Made by a program: the position numbers and the translations under genes. Positions 11,521 to 24,192 of a DNA stretch of 64,000 nucleotides are shown piece by piece (the stretch's first letter is position 1; each line of letters begins with the position of its first letter). This stretch comes from Neoechinorhynchus agilis. Lineage: Eukaryota; Animalia; Acanthocephala. The stretch is from the NCBI GenBank assembly GCA_051530055.1, contig CM121341.1, positions 15,974,784 through 16,038,783 of the forward strand. The letters are read 5' to 3'. Under the pieces are notes generated by a model. It did not search any database and had not been told where the DNA came from. It saw nothing but the letters and a program-made list of their open reading frames with translations.

Positions 11521-13212
11521 TCATTTTTCGTCCTTCAAAGCACCTCTTGTGGTACAGAGTTTCAGTTTTTTAACAGTCACATTGCGATGGATCGAACGAC
11601 GAAGAATTTTTCTGGCAGCGATTGCACACTTTGTTCGAGGCGATGGCACGGGGGAACGAAATGCACCAGAGTCGCGGATTGCAGCAAGAAGACGACTGGG
11701 AGCTTTCATTGGTTTGAATCGTTGACGTGATCGTGATGTCTCGATGCTCGTCTCGAGAACTATGCAAGGTTTCCGTTCAAGAATAGGCCTGCGGAACGGA
11801 GTGCTCGATAAAGGAACTCGAAGAGGAGCTGCAGGCGTTTTACTCGTGCTTCGTCCTGTTCGACTAGCTGTGACTCTTTTGCTTACATTCTTTTGATCAA
11901 TCACAGCTTTCGGCTCGGTTTCAACTTTTTGATTCAATTGATCATACAGATCTGCAAATCCCATGCCAAAATATTGAAAAGGGCAGTCTTCATCGATTTC
12001 ATAGATTTTTATGAGTTCTTTTGCACTACATTCCAATTTAGGAAGTTGAAGCTGGAACCTTTTACGCTCTTTGGCTTCTTGCGCCATACTGTATCCACGA
12101 AGATGAAACCGACTCGGATCGGCTGATTTCAGCTTAAATTTGGCAAAATCGTTCATCATTTCTACCCATTGGGAAATAGTTTCATACATTTCGCGATAAC
12201 GGTCATATCGAAGTTTCATCGCGTTGAGTTCACGTTCATGTTGTTCAAGAACGTCTTCTGTATATATACCCTCAAAGAAGGATGGTAAATTCGAACGTCG
12301 TTCATCTTGTGAACAAAAACAAGAGTCCCAAAATGCACTAACTTTTTGTCTCAAATTCTCAATTACCCCGGGCAAACGTGCTTTCTTCTTTTCCTCGCAT
12401 TCCATAAGTTCATTCTCAAGTTTCCGAATTATCGATGGCCGCCCAAGAGGTCCAGCTGGTCGTTCATATTTGCGTTCCATTAAAGCATTCAAATGTGATA
12501 TCCGTTCGATCAAAGATTTGGCCTTTAACTCATTTTCTTCGATGACATGAATCTTTTCTCCGATAAGCAATCTCATTTCGTCTAATGATCTCAAAGAAAG
12601 GCTGTTGGTTCTTGTAATGAATTGCATGCCAATCGAAGGGTCTTCAAGCTCCATACGCAATCGAAAAATTTCATCCGTATATTGACTAAGTGTTTGCTCC
12701 CTTTCCCGTTTGAGCTGAAAGAGGTGACTTACATGCTCTTGAACCGCTTGTATCTGATCATGACGAGGACAATCAGTTTGTGGACAAAGTGATTTTACAT
12801 CTAATTCAGCACACAATCGACGCTCTTCTTCTGCCACCTTCGTCAACATCTTCATGCGATCGTTGCGAATATCTTCGAGGTCTCTTAAACGAACATTAAC
12901 TACTTCCAGAATACGAAGAACTGCTTGATCGTTGTCGTACGAAAATAGATTTTCTTTTAATTCCAGTGCTGTTTCCAGAAAATGAATTTTTTGTATTCCG
13001 TCCGTTACCTCATTCTCTAAATCCGATTTGTGATCCGTTTCGTCATTTACGAGTTTCTTACAAGCATCATCAATACACGAAATTGCCTTGGAGGCTCGCT
13101 GTGCAATATAAGCTTCTGAATAACCGAGTTCATCCCAAAGTTGTGATAGATCGCCAAGGCACTTGCTAACGAAGTCAATTGCCTTTTGCTTCAGAATCTC
13201 TAAATCGCTCAT
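11521..13212 (-). CDS. PRC1: Protein regulator of cytokinesis 1 / Ase1 / MAP65 family, intronless
   Basis: LSQLWDELG, LRQKVSAFWDSCFCSQDER and DPSRFHLRG..QEAKERK..LPKLE match PRC1 hallmarks; ATG at 13212 (MSDLEILK). Confidence 0.9.
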   Translation of the reverse strand: MSDLEILKQKAIDFVSKCLGDLSQLWDELGYSEAYIAQRASKAISCIDDACKKLVNDETDHKSDLENEVTDGIQKIHFLETALELKENLFSYDNDQAVLRILEVVNVRLRDLEDIRNDRMKMLTKVAEEERRLCAELDVKSLCPQTDCPRHDQIQAVQEHVSHLFQLKREREQTLSQYTDEIFRLRMELEDPSIGMQFITRTNSLSLRSLDEMRLLIGEKIHVIEENELKAKSLIERISHLNALMERKYERPAGPLGRPSIIRKLENELMECEEKKKARLPGVIENLRQKVSAFWDSCFCSQDERRSNLPSFFEGIYTEDVLEQHERELNAMKLRYDRYREMYETISQWVEMMNDFAKFKLKSADPSRFHLRGYSMAQEAKERKRFQLQLPKLECSAKELIKIYEIDEDCPFQYFGMGFADLYDQLNQKVETEPKAVIDQKNVSKRVTASRTGRSTSKTPAAPLRVPLSSTPFRRPILERKPCIVLETSIETSRSRQRFKPMKAPSRLLAAIRDSGAFRSPVPSPRTKCAIAARKILRRSIHRNVTVKKLKLCTTRGALKDEK

Positions 13213-14099
13213 CTGAGAGTTTATCTGAAAGGAAAAATCAAATCTTCGTTTCCATGTCAAAAGTATGAAAATATAGGAAAGATTTCATCGATAAATCCAA
13301 AATTTGACGATTGCAAAACTTTAGAACAACGATTTTATAGTTAATGCCTGTAACAAAACGTCAAATCTTAAACGTCGCCAAAGCTTAAACGAAAAAGTCG
13401 ACTTAATACCTTCAAAATGATACGATAACAACGTAATTGTTTTTAACGCCACCGAAAATTTACTTGAAGGTCACCATGGACCCAGCAGAGTCAATCGAAC
13501 CTGGAACATTCCTATTTTCACGTTCGAATACGGAAGTAACTTAGTTTGGCGCTGATTTAAAGAATTTGGAAGGTCTAAAGCTCGATTTCCAAATAACGCG
13601 TTTGGTTGTGTCAGAAAGGGCATCCGATCTTAAATCCCAAATGTCCCATTAAAAGTCCTCTAGTAATGGAGGCGTTTTCCCAGCCCGTATGAAAATGAAT
13701 ACTTTATCCTAGGATTAATAGTGGAAATAAATGGTTTTTTTGAAAAGTTCATTAAAACGATTACGACCGTGAATATGCCAATATGAAATGGTTATATTTT
13801 TTCTAACTTCTATAATGCATCTCAATGATTAAAGTATACAGCCATTTTCAAAATGTTATAAGACGCAACTTGGAATTATCCTCATTTCACACCGCAGTCT
13901 CAGAACGAAAGCTTAAAGATTATTTAATACCCTTGATCAAAATGCAATCTTCACGGTTGTTTGAAATCTGAAAAATACATTATATTAGTTTTATTGAGGA
14001 TTGCATTCGGGTGGTTGGATATGTTGTTGTTTAGGCCGCTTGTCGACACGCGGGAGAGATCATGAAAGACGAATGTAAATTCCGACTGATTGTATCGGC

Positions 14100-14158
14100 C
14101 ATTATCAATTCAATTGCTTCACATATTTAAAAACTTACAAGCAATTGAATTGATAATG
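14100..14158. repeat. Perfect 20-bp inverted repeat (hairpin) with 19-nt loop
   Basis: CATTATCAATTCAATTGCTT / AAGCAATTGAATTGATAATG. Confidence 0.9.
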
Positions 14159-14254
14159 ATTGATTCAATCGGTTAAAATATATTCAAATGTCGATATGGG
14201 AGTTACCGTGGAATGTGAATGGAATTATTGTTTTGGTCTACACCCGCTAAATGA

Positions 14255-14290
14255 TTATTTATTAAAAACGTTTCGAACCTTGTGACGTCC
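14255..14290 (-). repeat. 3' half of a Penelope-type hammerhead/pLTR
   Basis: Reverse complement GGTTCGAAACGTTTTTAATAAATAATCATTTA matches the pLTR at 54180-54240. Confidence 0.5.
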
Positions 14291-14875
14291 TCAAACTTCT
14301 CCCGTCTCACTCTACACTTTTCTTGTATGCCGACGATATCACCTTCGTAACCCATTCACCACCCCACCTCTTCCTCTCCTTAAACGAATCCCTTCACCCT
14401 ATCTCAACAAATTTTACTTCAGCTCTATTTTAACCTCCCTCACCTACGGTTATCCCGTCTTTTGCAACCTATCCAAATCTCAAATCCGTCGCCTTGAAAT
14501 GTTTCATAAAGGAGCATCTAAAATTTGCACAGCTAACTTTCCCCCTCGCCGAATGCCTTGATACTATTTTCATAAAACAATCAAAATACCTGCCACATAT
14601 CACCCGCTTTCCACTAGAGCACAACACTCGTAATCCTAATTCGTTTCATCCTTCTATAGCTCGCTCCATGCTGCCCAATCTTCTCGGATATCACAACCTG
14701 AAATTAACCTGAGGAAAGACCAACCTCAGAAGCTCTCCTGCAAACAATAGCCACCAGCCCCCCGACGGGATATTCCCACCCGTCCGGACTCGTAATCCAC
14801 TCCAAAATCAATAGCGAAATTCATTTATCCAATCAGAACTCGAGTGTTTATGAGTACCCAAAGGTACATTCGTCC
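14290..14875 (+). mobile_element. L2/CR1-like LINE 3' fragment
   Basis: YADDITF and a 3' region homologous to 8300-9250, ending ..CCAAAGGTACAT. Confidence 0.8.
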
Positions 14876-14929
14876 TCTTCTTCTTTTTGCAGTAACATTA
14901 ACATTAATAAAACGAGTTATTATTATATT

Positions 14930-15660
14930 GTCATCATCAGTTTGTTAGTAATAGAAGCTATTTCTCCCGGGTGTCAACAAGCGACCCAAGAATTTTTTAG
15001 AAATCAAGATCCGAAATCTGTGGACAACTCTATATTTTAGAAAGTTTTGCTCCGGAGCTGTCGCCACTGATCCCGGACCTCTCATCTTGGCTCTCGCGCC
15101 CAGAGAAAAGCAGCCACATCATCCAGACGCCTCCCGTCTGATCTGCAAAGATTTGTACGTTCCAGGATATTTGAAACGTGGATCGAAGTCAACGCCCAAC
15201 TAATGATCGTGTTGATTCCGGCTTGTCTCAGCAATATTCCGGGCCATCGGCTACACGATAAGTCGTGTATGCCCCATCCATTTAAGCCATGCATCAGACT
15301 CCTCGGTTGAGTATGCAATCAACCTCGCCCGAGACATATAATAATAGCACGTTTATTGTTCAGAGTACAAAGAAAGAAGAGGAGGACATTGGGTCCTGTA
15401 GTGATTTCTGGACCATATGAACGATCGGAAAATCTCATGATGTCTGTTTGCTGTTCATTTCTGGTGCCTCGGATAGTGCCGACCAAATGGAGAGTACGCT
15501 GGTGGCGCAAATGTTAACGGAATTCTCACGACTTTCGCAACGCAACGAGTGGACTGAGAGCAAGACCACATCTTGGTAAGTCTTAGTCCGGAGCCTGCAC
15601 ATTGTGTGGGTAACTTGTAGACCTAATAGAATTCTAATTTTTGCTTCCATGTTTTTTTCC
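14930..15660 (-). mobile_element. CRE-like RLE LINE 3' fragment
   Basis: IRILLGLQV..C..C..HSLRC zinc-knuckle remnant, NILERTNLCRSDGRRLD, A-rich/TAA tail near 14915-14930. Confidence 0.6.
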
Positions 15661-15759
15661 ATTATTGTGTAAAAATCTTTTCTTTTATTAGTGAGATGAA
15701 GTAGTGATAAAACCTAGTATTGCCGACCATTTCAAGCGAGACCAAGAAGTTAGTAATAA

Positions 15760-15835
15760 GTTCTGCAAAAGATTAGTGGCGAGAGGCAACACGGCAAGCA
15801 TTCGGGCGACAATTGAGGACGAGGACGGCTAGGCA
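15760..15835 (+). mobile_element. CRE-like terminal fragment
   Basis: Translates to QKIS..RGNTASIRATIEDEDG*, a variant of the conserved QRGNA end motif. Confidence 0.55.
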
Positions 15836-16161
15836 TGCAGTGGATTTTGATAAGACAAGACATATGTATATGTAAAAGGTAAATTAAGTCAATAAGTATA
15901 TAGTTAAAAAAAGTTATGAAACGCGGTAATAAAGACATTTTATACAAAATGGCTATGAAAGTTTATTTTGCGCTGGTAGATTACGAGCAAACCGTTTGGG
16001 TGCAAGTCTTATCGTGTTTCGCGAAAGAACGAATATCGTAAAGGTTTTCCCTCTTGTTCAGTTTATTTTCCATAGGTCATGCAAAAGCAGCGATGGATAG
16101 AAAATTCTTCTTAAAGTTTTGACTCCAGTTTAATATTAGAATTATTATACTCTTATTTGAG

Positions 16162-16386
16162 ATGCTTATTCCTGTTCGCTGCTTTACGTGTGGAAAAGTG
16201 GTCGCTGACAAATGGGAACGTTTCTTGGCTCTACAAAGAGAAGGATACAGCGAAGCTTCCGCAATGGATTCGCTCGGATTGAAGCGTTATTGTTGCCGGC
16301 GTATGATATTGACAAATGTGAGCCTGGTGGATACACTTCTTCTTTATCATAAAAAGCAACGGACGCAAGAAATGAGGAATGAATGA
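16162..16386 (+). CDS. POLR2L: RNA polymerase I/II/III subunit RPABC5 (RPB10)
   Basis: [12 protein letters not shown]...[13 protein letters not shown] signature with all four Zn-ligand cysteines. Confidence 0.97.
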   Translation: MLIPVRCFTCGKVVADKWERFLALQREGYSEASAMDSLGLKRYCCRRMILTNVSLVDTLLLYHKKQRTQEMRNE

Positions 16387-16479
16387 GTATTATGTTTGGC
16401 AATAAAAAACTCAGTGATCAATAAGGTGTATCTAGAAAATATTCCACTCGCAACAAAACCCGCTAATGAAGATTTGACT

Positions 16480-17630
16480 GCACTAAGGAACCTCAGCACA
16501 TAACGTTCGCTTAATCCCGCGTATCCCTCGATCAGCGAGACTTATGATAGCGAAGAAACTCGGAGACTCCATAAATGCGGTTAACGCTAACCATCTCGAC
16601 GAAATGCCGTGGACACTCCTTCCCGGGTTCGCTAAGTCGGCGTTTTGCGTTCCACGAGTGAAAACTACGACCCCTTTACGCTTTGCGAATAAGGCTATAA
16701 TTGCCTCCAACAACCTTCTGTCAGTTGTAGACTCCAAGAGTTCTCGAGCTATAGAATGATAAGCTCCATCGTCCCGACCAGCAAATTATCGAAATGCTCA
16801 CAGATATTCACGTTGAAAGAAGACTTATTACCTTCCAGCCAAGTTTCCTGCCCTTCTCTACAGTTGCTATCTTTCAATTTCACATTTCGAAGTCTGCAAT
16901 ACTATCGGCCCTCCACTCATCCCATTTCGAAAACTTACTGGCACCAGCCGGGGCCGTTTTATAAGATAATTCATTTAACTCACTGGCATGTTCCTCAGCG
17001 GTAAAATCGCGCCTTTGATCATAGCTATCATTTGCGAAGCGAAATTGATTGCGAGTAGCAAAAAGAAAGACGGAGTGAGGCCCTGCAATCGATTGTACTT
17101 TCCATTGATTAGCTGCCGAGATTGCCAACGAAATCACATCTCCTTTGCTAGTCGACAAGCTCCTACCATTTCAACTCGGTGTTGGTCTTCCCGGAGAAGC
17201 CGAAGCCGCTGTCCATGCTGCAGGGTGTTTTGAATGGCCCTGCGGGTCATTCCGCCATAGTCACCGAGACTTCGCGAATGCCTTCAATTCGATCAGCCGC
17301 CATGCATTTATCAACTGCATTGAAAATGAATTCTCGAGTTTATTACCATTCATCGCGACGTGTCACGATAATGACAGCGACTTAATCGGCAATGCTATTG
17401 CCTCTCGAGTTAATATTCCGCAGGATGATCCTTTCGACCCTCATCTGTTTGCACTTAATATCAATGAGCTAAGCCATAGCCTTTCGTCGATTCGAGCTAT
17501 TTGGTATCTAAACGACTGCTGCATAGTAGAACCTATCACTGCCCTTGCCACCGACATAAAGCTCGTTGGCGACAAGGGTACTTTATTAGGATTGATTTCA
17601 GTATCCGAAAAATGCATGATCATCTAAAGC
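16480..17630 (+). mobile_element. CRE-like LINE reverse transcriptase fragment (frameshifted)
   Basis: KKKDGVRP, QLGVG, DFANAFNSISR, PQDDPFDPHLF and WYLND motifs. Confidence 0.75.
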
Positions 17631-17779
17631 CCTACGGCGCATCAATAGTTCCGTAGCAAAAAGGCCATCTCCCCTTCACCTGTCCAAATACGAATGCAAA
17701 GAACAAAGTGTCTCTCGCAATTTCAGGAGCCGGTGAAGTGGCGATAGGACGCAAGACCAAAAAGGGGGAAATACAAATT

Positions 17780-19230
17780 GGTTGTTTTCTGGCGTAGAAA
17801 TTAAAATCCAATATTTCGGCACAATCTTGTGCCTTTGTCAAGATTTAAAAAATCACGTGGGTGATGGATCAATATATACTGTCATAAAATTGAGCCTAAA
17901 GTCCGCCTTACTCCCTTCAACCGTTTCCACTTGGTGGATGAATATGGCCTCCATAATCACACGATCCTATTTTGTTTCACTGCGTGTCAAAATGGTAGCA
18001 TTGTCAATGTCCATTAAATGGTCCTGTTATGCGAAATAGTTAATTCAAGTTCCTTGCTGAGTGAGTCTTCGTTGGAGCAATAGTTGTATGCACGATCGAA
18101 TAGCGACTTTATCCTAGTTATTTTACATTCAATTGGTGCCATTGTAATAAGGGCAAAGTCAGTCGGTATACCAATCTTTCTGTATACAGTGGTTTCAAAT
18201 TCTGCTACTTGTCCTAAAAGGGCATCGCATTGTCATTCTAAGAGTCCACGGTTCATTGAATGTTGCTGTGCTTGGAATTCAGCATGTGAGCAAACTTTTC
18301 CGGTTTTGTGGTTCTCTGCCAGAATTTCACATCTGGTAGGCTTAAAACGCTCTTAGCCTCCTAATCGCACATGAACAATTCGGCGAGAACTGGGGCAAGA
18401 GGACTCCCCATGGGAAATCCATCAACTTGATCGTAGCTCTTATCTTCGAAATTGAAATTCATGTTTCTCGTGCTAATGTGTAAGAGTTCCTTCCATTCAG
18501 ATTCAGTTAAATTCCAGCCTTCCATATTGCGTTGAAGTATGGGAATAGCAAGGTTGATTGCTGATTCCAACAGTACTTTCGTGAATAGAGACTTGACATC
18601 GCAGATACCATTCTATATTCTGCATTTGCGTGCACCTTCAATCTCCCCATGAACTCACCACCTGATGATACTGTGTGCTTATCCGGAAGCATTAAGTTTC
18701 TTACTCGTATGATATGCAGAATGCGATGCAATAATTGGCCGAGCCTTTAATGGGGACTTATGTATTTTGGCCCATAAGTTCATATTCGGTGCCAGCCCGT
18801 TGCTGGAAAGATGTTTTTAGTATATTTGCGCATCTGTCCTTCCAAATTTCTCGCGTTTTGTAATGGGACATACGTCATTAGATCGGAACTCTGGACCTGA
18901 TAGGATATCTGCAGCCATTCTATGGTAGTGTTCTTCATCTACAATACAGAATCCTCTGCCTTTGTCCAACTTCATGATACGTATCTTTTTGAGCTAAGAT
19001 CAGTCGTTGGGGCAAGTTAGTCCGTTTAATTCTGTTTCCTTTATGTAGCAATGCCTCCACTTCCCATAATGGAATTGTGATTCCAGCAAAATTAGCCTTA
19101 GATATCACCTCAATCCGTCGTGGTGCCGTTGGACCAAAAACAGCAGAATTCTTATCCAAGGTTTGAAAGTTTATGGCCGAAGCCAACTATTTTTTATGAG
19201 AGAATCAGCTGCGCAATTCAAAAAAGGAAT
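17780..19230 (-). mobile_element. Penelope-like RT remnant
   Basis: GFPMGSPLAPVLAELFM, DVKSLF and QVDG motifs in broken frames. Confidence 0.75.
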
Positions 19231-20173
19231 GCTGGATGCATCCTCGAAGCAATGGAGGATAAAGGTGTTCCTTCATTCACATCGGAACTTTTATAAATTG
19301 GAAAGATGGCTTGTAAAAGAAAACGAATATAATATCAATCAGTTGTTTCCATCTAGTATTTGTTGTTTGCTTCGTATTTAACATTGTTTGTATACATGGC
19401 AAATAGGCGAGCAAAAGATCAGTAATAAAAAAGGTTGTGATTTTCGAATCACTCTCTCTGCTTTTCATCATAGAATGGAAATGAACGGGGACCGTGCGTG
19501 TTACTGAGATCTTTTGACTTAATCCCAGATCCGATTGCTCGGGCGTAAATCCACACGGTCCGTAGCAAAACTAGAAGCTGAGGTGATGTGAGTACTGACG
19601 GTTGCGGTGATCGCCAGCCCTAGTCTCCGCTTATTCCAAATCACTGTTGAGTATTTTCATCGTAGCCCATTTAGTCGTCAAATGTTTACGGTTCCTAATA
19701 GACATGTTGGGTAACCCTAGCGACGAAGAACCCTCGAAGTTCCAACCTGCATAGTTCTGCAAGGTAGTCCCGGGAAATGGGGTTGAATTTCTGACAATTT
19801 TTCATATATACAAAGCATTGTATGATATTGGATAAAAATCGTGAGGATAAACATCGCTGTCAAGCGAGGGAACGCGGCCCGTATTGTGGGCTCAACCTTG
19901 ATCGGCGACGAAATGGTTCTTGATGAATGCTGCAGTCATAATTAAGCTAATCGATCGTCATACATTTTATTCCAAGCGTCCCTCCACTTTGTTAGATCGA
20001 AGTCTTCCCTCGTTGAAATTCTTTTGACTAAGTTAAAGCCATGAATCGCTTATTCAGAATTATAGGAACAATGGCTTTTCAATTGGAAGTTGCGCTAAAA
20101 ACGCGAAATATATTCACTGTTCTAAACTTAAATTGATTGCCATATCCTTGTTTATGTTCCGTATTAAGGAGAA

Positions 20174-23100
20174 ATGACAACGGCTGCTCCATTATCCAGA
20201 CGGTTTCGCGATCTAACGGATGCCGTGATTGAAAAGTTAGAGCAACTTAAGATAAGTAGCGCTTCGGAGGAAGATAGATCCATTCACGATGTTGTCAATG
20301 AATTGGTTTTGCTCGAGAAGGAGACTCGTCGTGCTGAGGATCAATGTTCAAATCTAAAGGTATGTGCAGCTCTGATTGAGCTTTGTGCTGAACGCAAGGC
20401 TTGGTCTATGCTCTGCGACCTTCTGACATCATTATGCCGTCGACGAGGTCTTCCCAGACAATCATTCGAACATGTCATTGCGAGAACAAGCGCTTTTGTA
20501 CTCGATTCAAATGAAAATGGCCCGCCAGTGGACAGTCCTGACCGTCTTCGTCTAATTGAAACACTCCGAGAATGTTCAGCTGGGAAAATGCAAGTTGAAT
20601 TATTTAGAGCTCGTCTTACTAGGGAACTTGCACTTCATTACGAACGAGCTGGAGATGTCGATAAAGCGGCGACAATATTACAGGATCTTAATATTGACAC
20701 TGGCACTGGTGCTCCGGTCAGTACTAGTGAACGGCTTGATTTTACTATTGAACAAATGCGGCTGTGTTTGGCGAAAAGAGATTATCTTAGAGCCCAACTT
20801 ATTAGCCGAAGAATTAATCCAAAACATTTGAAAGAAGATGAATCAGGGGAATTGGAGTTAAGGTTTTCCCGTCTAATGGTATTAATTGAGCTTAACGAAA
20901 AGAATTATTTAGGCGCCTGTGAACATATCTTGAGGATGTTCAATGTACATTGCAAGAAACTTGGAACAGGTAGCATTAACGAAGTATTTCCTGGTTCGAG
21001 TCCTCCTACTTCTCCCTTACCTTCCGAGTACTCAGATTGGCTGAGCTGTCTAAGAGAAGCTTTAGCATATCTTCTTCTAAGATATTGAACCTTCACTACG
21101 GGTGACATTCTCTTTTTTTTCAGTTCGCCAAGTTTAGTTTTCCTTTGTTTACTGTTACTATAAAAGTGTTACAATTAAAATATGCCATTAGGTTTTCAGC
21201 AGTATTGCGTCTTTTTCATTAAGCGGTGTAAATTCCTAAAAAAATCAAATAAAGTAGAAAGAAATTTCGAATGGAGAAATTATTTATTTCCGGTTGTAAT
21301 GTGCTAATGTTAACACATGATAAAAGATCATTTTGAACAAGTGTTTTATCAAACCTTTTTGTAATGCTTCAATGATGTATTAATTTGACTGCTTATCGAA
21401 TTTCGAAGATCGTGTTTCTAATTACTGCCTAAGAATGAATTCAAGTACACTTTAAGATCATCAATTATTACAAACTCTCAATGCCAGCCCCTTTCTAACA
21501 ATCTAACTAAGGCTTAATTAAATAACTCAGGAGGATACATTGTTAAAATACATTTGTTGTAATTGCATCTTTATGGAGTTTTTTTGTGAAGCTGCTATTT
21601 CTGATCTGCTTTGAAATTTTGAGCTATTTGCTTAATTGTTTCTTTTTCCTAACAGTTTAATACCTCCAATTTGCAGCAAATTACAAAGTTAACAAATCCA
21701 ATAGTAGTTCTGCTTTTTAAACAAGAGCTTAAACGATGATTTATATTTTTTACCCGTTTAACGACACTCATCTATTTTAAGAAATGGTCGATTATCCTAT
21801 TTTTGTTTTGTGTGAATTGGATTAGCTGCAAGTTAAAAAACACTTGGGCACACACAACAACGTTGTTTATTATTTACTGTCATCTGAACTAAGCTCTCAT
21901 TATGATAGTCAAGCTTGTTAAGCAAAGCGTCACTTGCATGCTTTGTAATTCGGAATGATATTGGGTTCTTTCTACCGTTGGCTTAGAAAGAACCTTAGAG
22001 ACAATGGTCACATTAAATGCTCTTGAGCTAAGACCGTATTCAATAATCATTGTTTTTAATTGGTCCGTTAAAAGTTTTGAAATTATAGCTTTGTCTGTTC
22101 CCTGGGAAAAACTCTCCCGAATTTCGTATGGTTCAATTTTGAATCAATGAAATGTTCCGATTTAAATGCTGCTTTCTAAATATGTTTTGATAAGGTCGAG
22201 ATGAATAAGATTAATTGAGTTTTAATATTTTGTCCTCTACGTGGGAAAATTAAATTACTTTTATTAATATCGCTTTCAAACAACATGTTTACAATTTACA
22301 ATATCGAAATATGTTTTCTAACCAATGTTCATTACAAATTTTTATTGAATGAAATTTAATTGGTCCGTTAAAAGTTTTGAAATTATAGCTTTATCTGTTC
22401 CCTGGGAAAAACTCTCCCGAATTTCGTATGGTTCAATTTTGAATCAATGAAATGTTCCGATTTAAATGCTGCTTTCTAAATATGTTTTGATAAGGTCGAG
22501 ATGAATAAAATTAATTGAGTTTTATCTAATATTTCGTCCTCTACGTGGGAAAACTAAATTACTTTTATTAATATCGCTTTCAAACAACATGTTTACAATT
22601 TACAATATCGAAATATGTTTTCTAACCAATGTTCATTACAAATTTTTATTGAATGAAATTTTTCCAATGCGCCTAAGATATTTTCTTTGAGCTCCGTGAT
22701 CGAATAGTCTTATGTCATCCCTAAAAATTATTCACTTTTCGTCACGTAAACATTCGTATTGACTTATTGACGCCTTAAGTTTAAAAGCAACACACGTAGG
22801 ATTTGTGTTTCTTCGCACGCACTCAGTAATTGTGAGCTTTGCGCTACGTTGATGTGTTCTAATATCTACTTGATCCAATAGTAGGCTTTTATGAACCTTA
22901 TCGCTGAATCTTTCCTTTTCCATTCTATATACCTTCACAGTAAGTTCCTATATTTTTTCGTATTGACAGAAAATCTTATAAGATAGCGGGAAAAATTGCA
23001 CACTTTTAACAATTAACATTTGCATCATTTATTTGATTAGTTAGATCCGATTAATTTGCTCCTTTTTAGAATGATGTTCAACGCTATCTGTCCTATTTGA

Positions 23101-23972
23101 ATATTTACAAGGATTTCACGAAGATTTCTTATTCGAATTAATAAAAAGACAAACATTGCTTAAGCCCAACAGTGTGGAGTATCTTTTTTATTACTTCTGT
23201 GCGACTAATGCGAGCTTATTTGAAGCATTTAAATCTTCATTTTTCTAGAACCTATCGTAAGATTGACATTTGTGTGATTTGATTAGAGGAGGGAAGTGAC
23301 ATTAATTTTTAGTCGAAATTTTTGAAAGCGAAATCAAAGTTCATCGTTTCAAACGTTGTAAATAAGTGAAGGTTGACTGTCATGACAGATCCAAATGACT
23401 GCGATCCAACAGCTGACGCTCGTATTCGTTTAATGAAAACGTTCCTCCAATCACCGAACGTAATCGTAAGTCGAACACTCAGTACGGAACTAACGCCTTA
23501 TGAACACGTGATCCGTGCTTTGATCAAACATGAACTTATCGGTTTTTCCTCAGGTGTCCGTGATTTGCTTCAGGATGTAAAGTGTCCAGTTTTGAGTAAA
23601 GACGAAAATTGGAATCGTCTGAGACAAAAGATAGTTGAGCATAATGTGTTCACCGTGGCCCGTCATTACAGTCGAATTCGGCTAGTTCGTCTCGCTCAGT
23701 TACTCGAACAAGATAATGCCGAGCAGGCGGAAAAAGCTGTATGTGAGTTAGTTTGCGCAAAGAGGGTTCGTGCTCGAATTGACAGACTTACTGGCGTTGT
23801 GGATTTTCATGAGAAGTGCGATGCGATCGATGCTATGAATGAGCATGTCAAAAGCTGGGCGTATATGATGAAGGAAATCGAATTGGCTTGTCATTTAATC
23901 AACACCGAACAAATGGTTTTTAAAGTCAGAAGAGCCGCCACAGAGGATTTGAAAAAAGAAGAAAACGCGTGA
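20174..23972 (+). CDS. PSMD12: 26S proteasome lid subunit RPN5; exons 20174..~21080 and ~23387..23972 with a ~2.3-kb intron
   Basis: LLLEKETRRAED, GKMQVELFRARLT, IEQMRLCL..DYLRAQLISRRIN; second exon QKIVEHNV..ARHYSRI..RLAQLL..ARIDRLTGVVDF (PCI domain). Confidence 0.93.
22055..22660. repeat. Direct tandem duplication, ~300-bp unit x2, inside the RPN5 intron
   Basis: TGGTCCGTTAAAAGTTTTGAAATTATAGC at 22061 and 22361; the units are near-identical. Confidence 0.95.
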
Positions 23973-24192
23973 GTGATAGCGCTGAATGTTTCGAGTGTTG
24001 AATGAACGGTTAAATTCTCATATTTAACTAGCAGTTTGAAATCATGCCGCTCATATCCATTTTCCTTATTTTGGGACGAAGATTGTGCTTTTAACTCGTC
24101 CTTTCCATACAATTTCCTTTTCTTATATGATGATACTTCATTATTTGGGAAACTTTTCATTTTGCGTTCAATTTCTTAATGCAACTTTTCAG

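Noticed and set aside
13478-13507. GGTTCGATT T-loop-like sequence on the minus strand
   Set aside because: No cloverleaf or A box; at most a SINE scrap.
19489-19561. GGACCGTG...CACGGTCC stem as a possible HDV-like ribozyme or RTE 5' UTR
   Set aside because: No P3/L3/P1.1 elements found on either strand; resemblance to RTE leaders is too weak to call.
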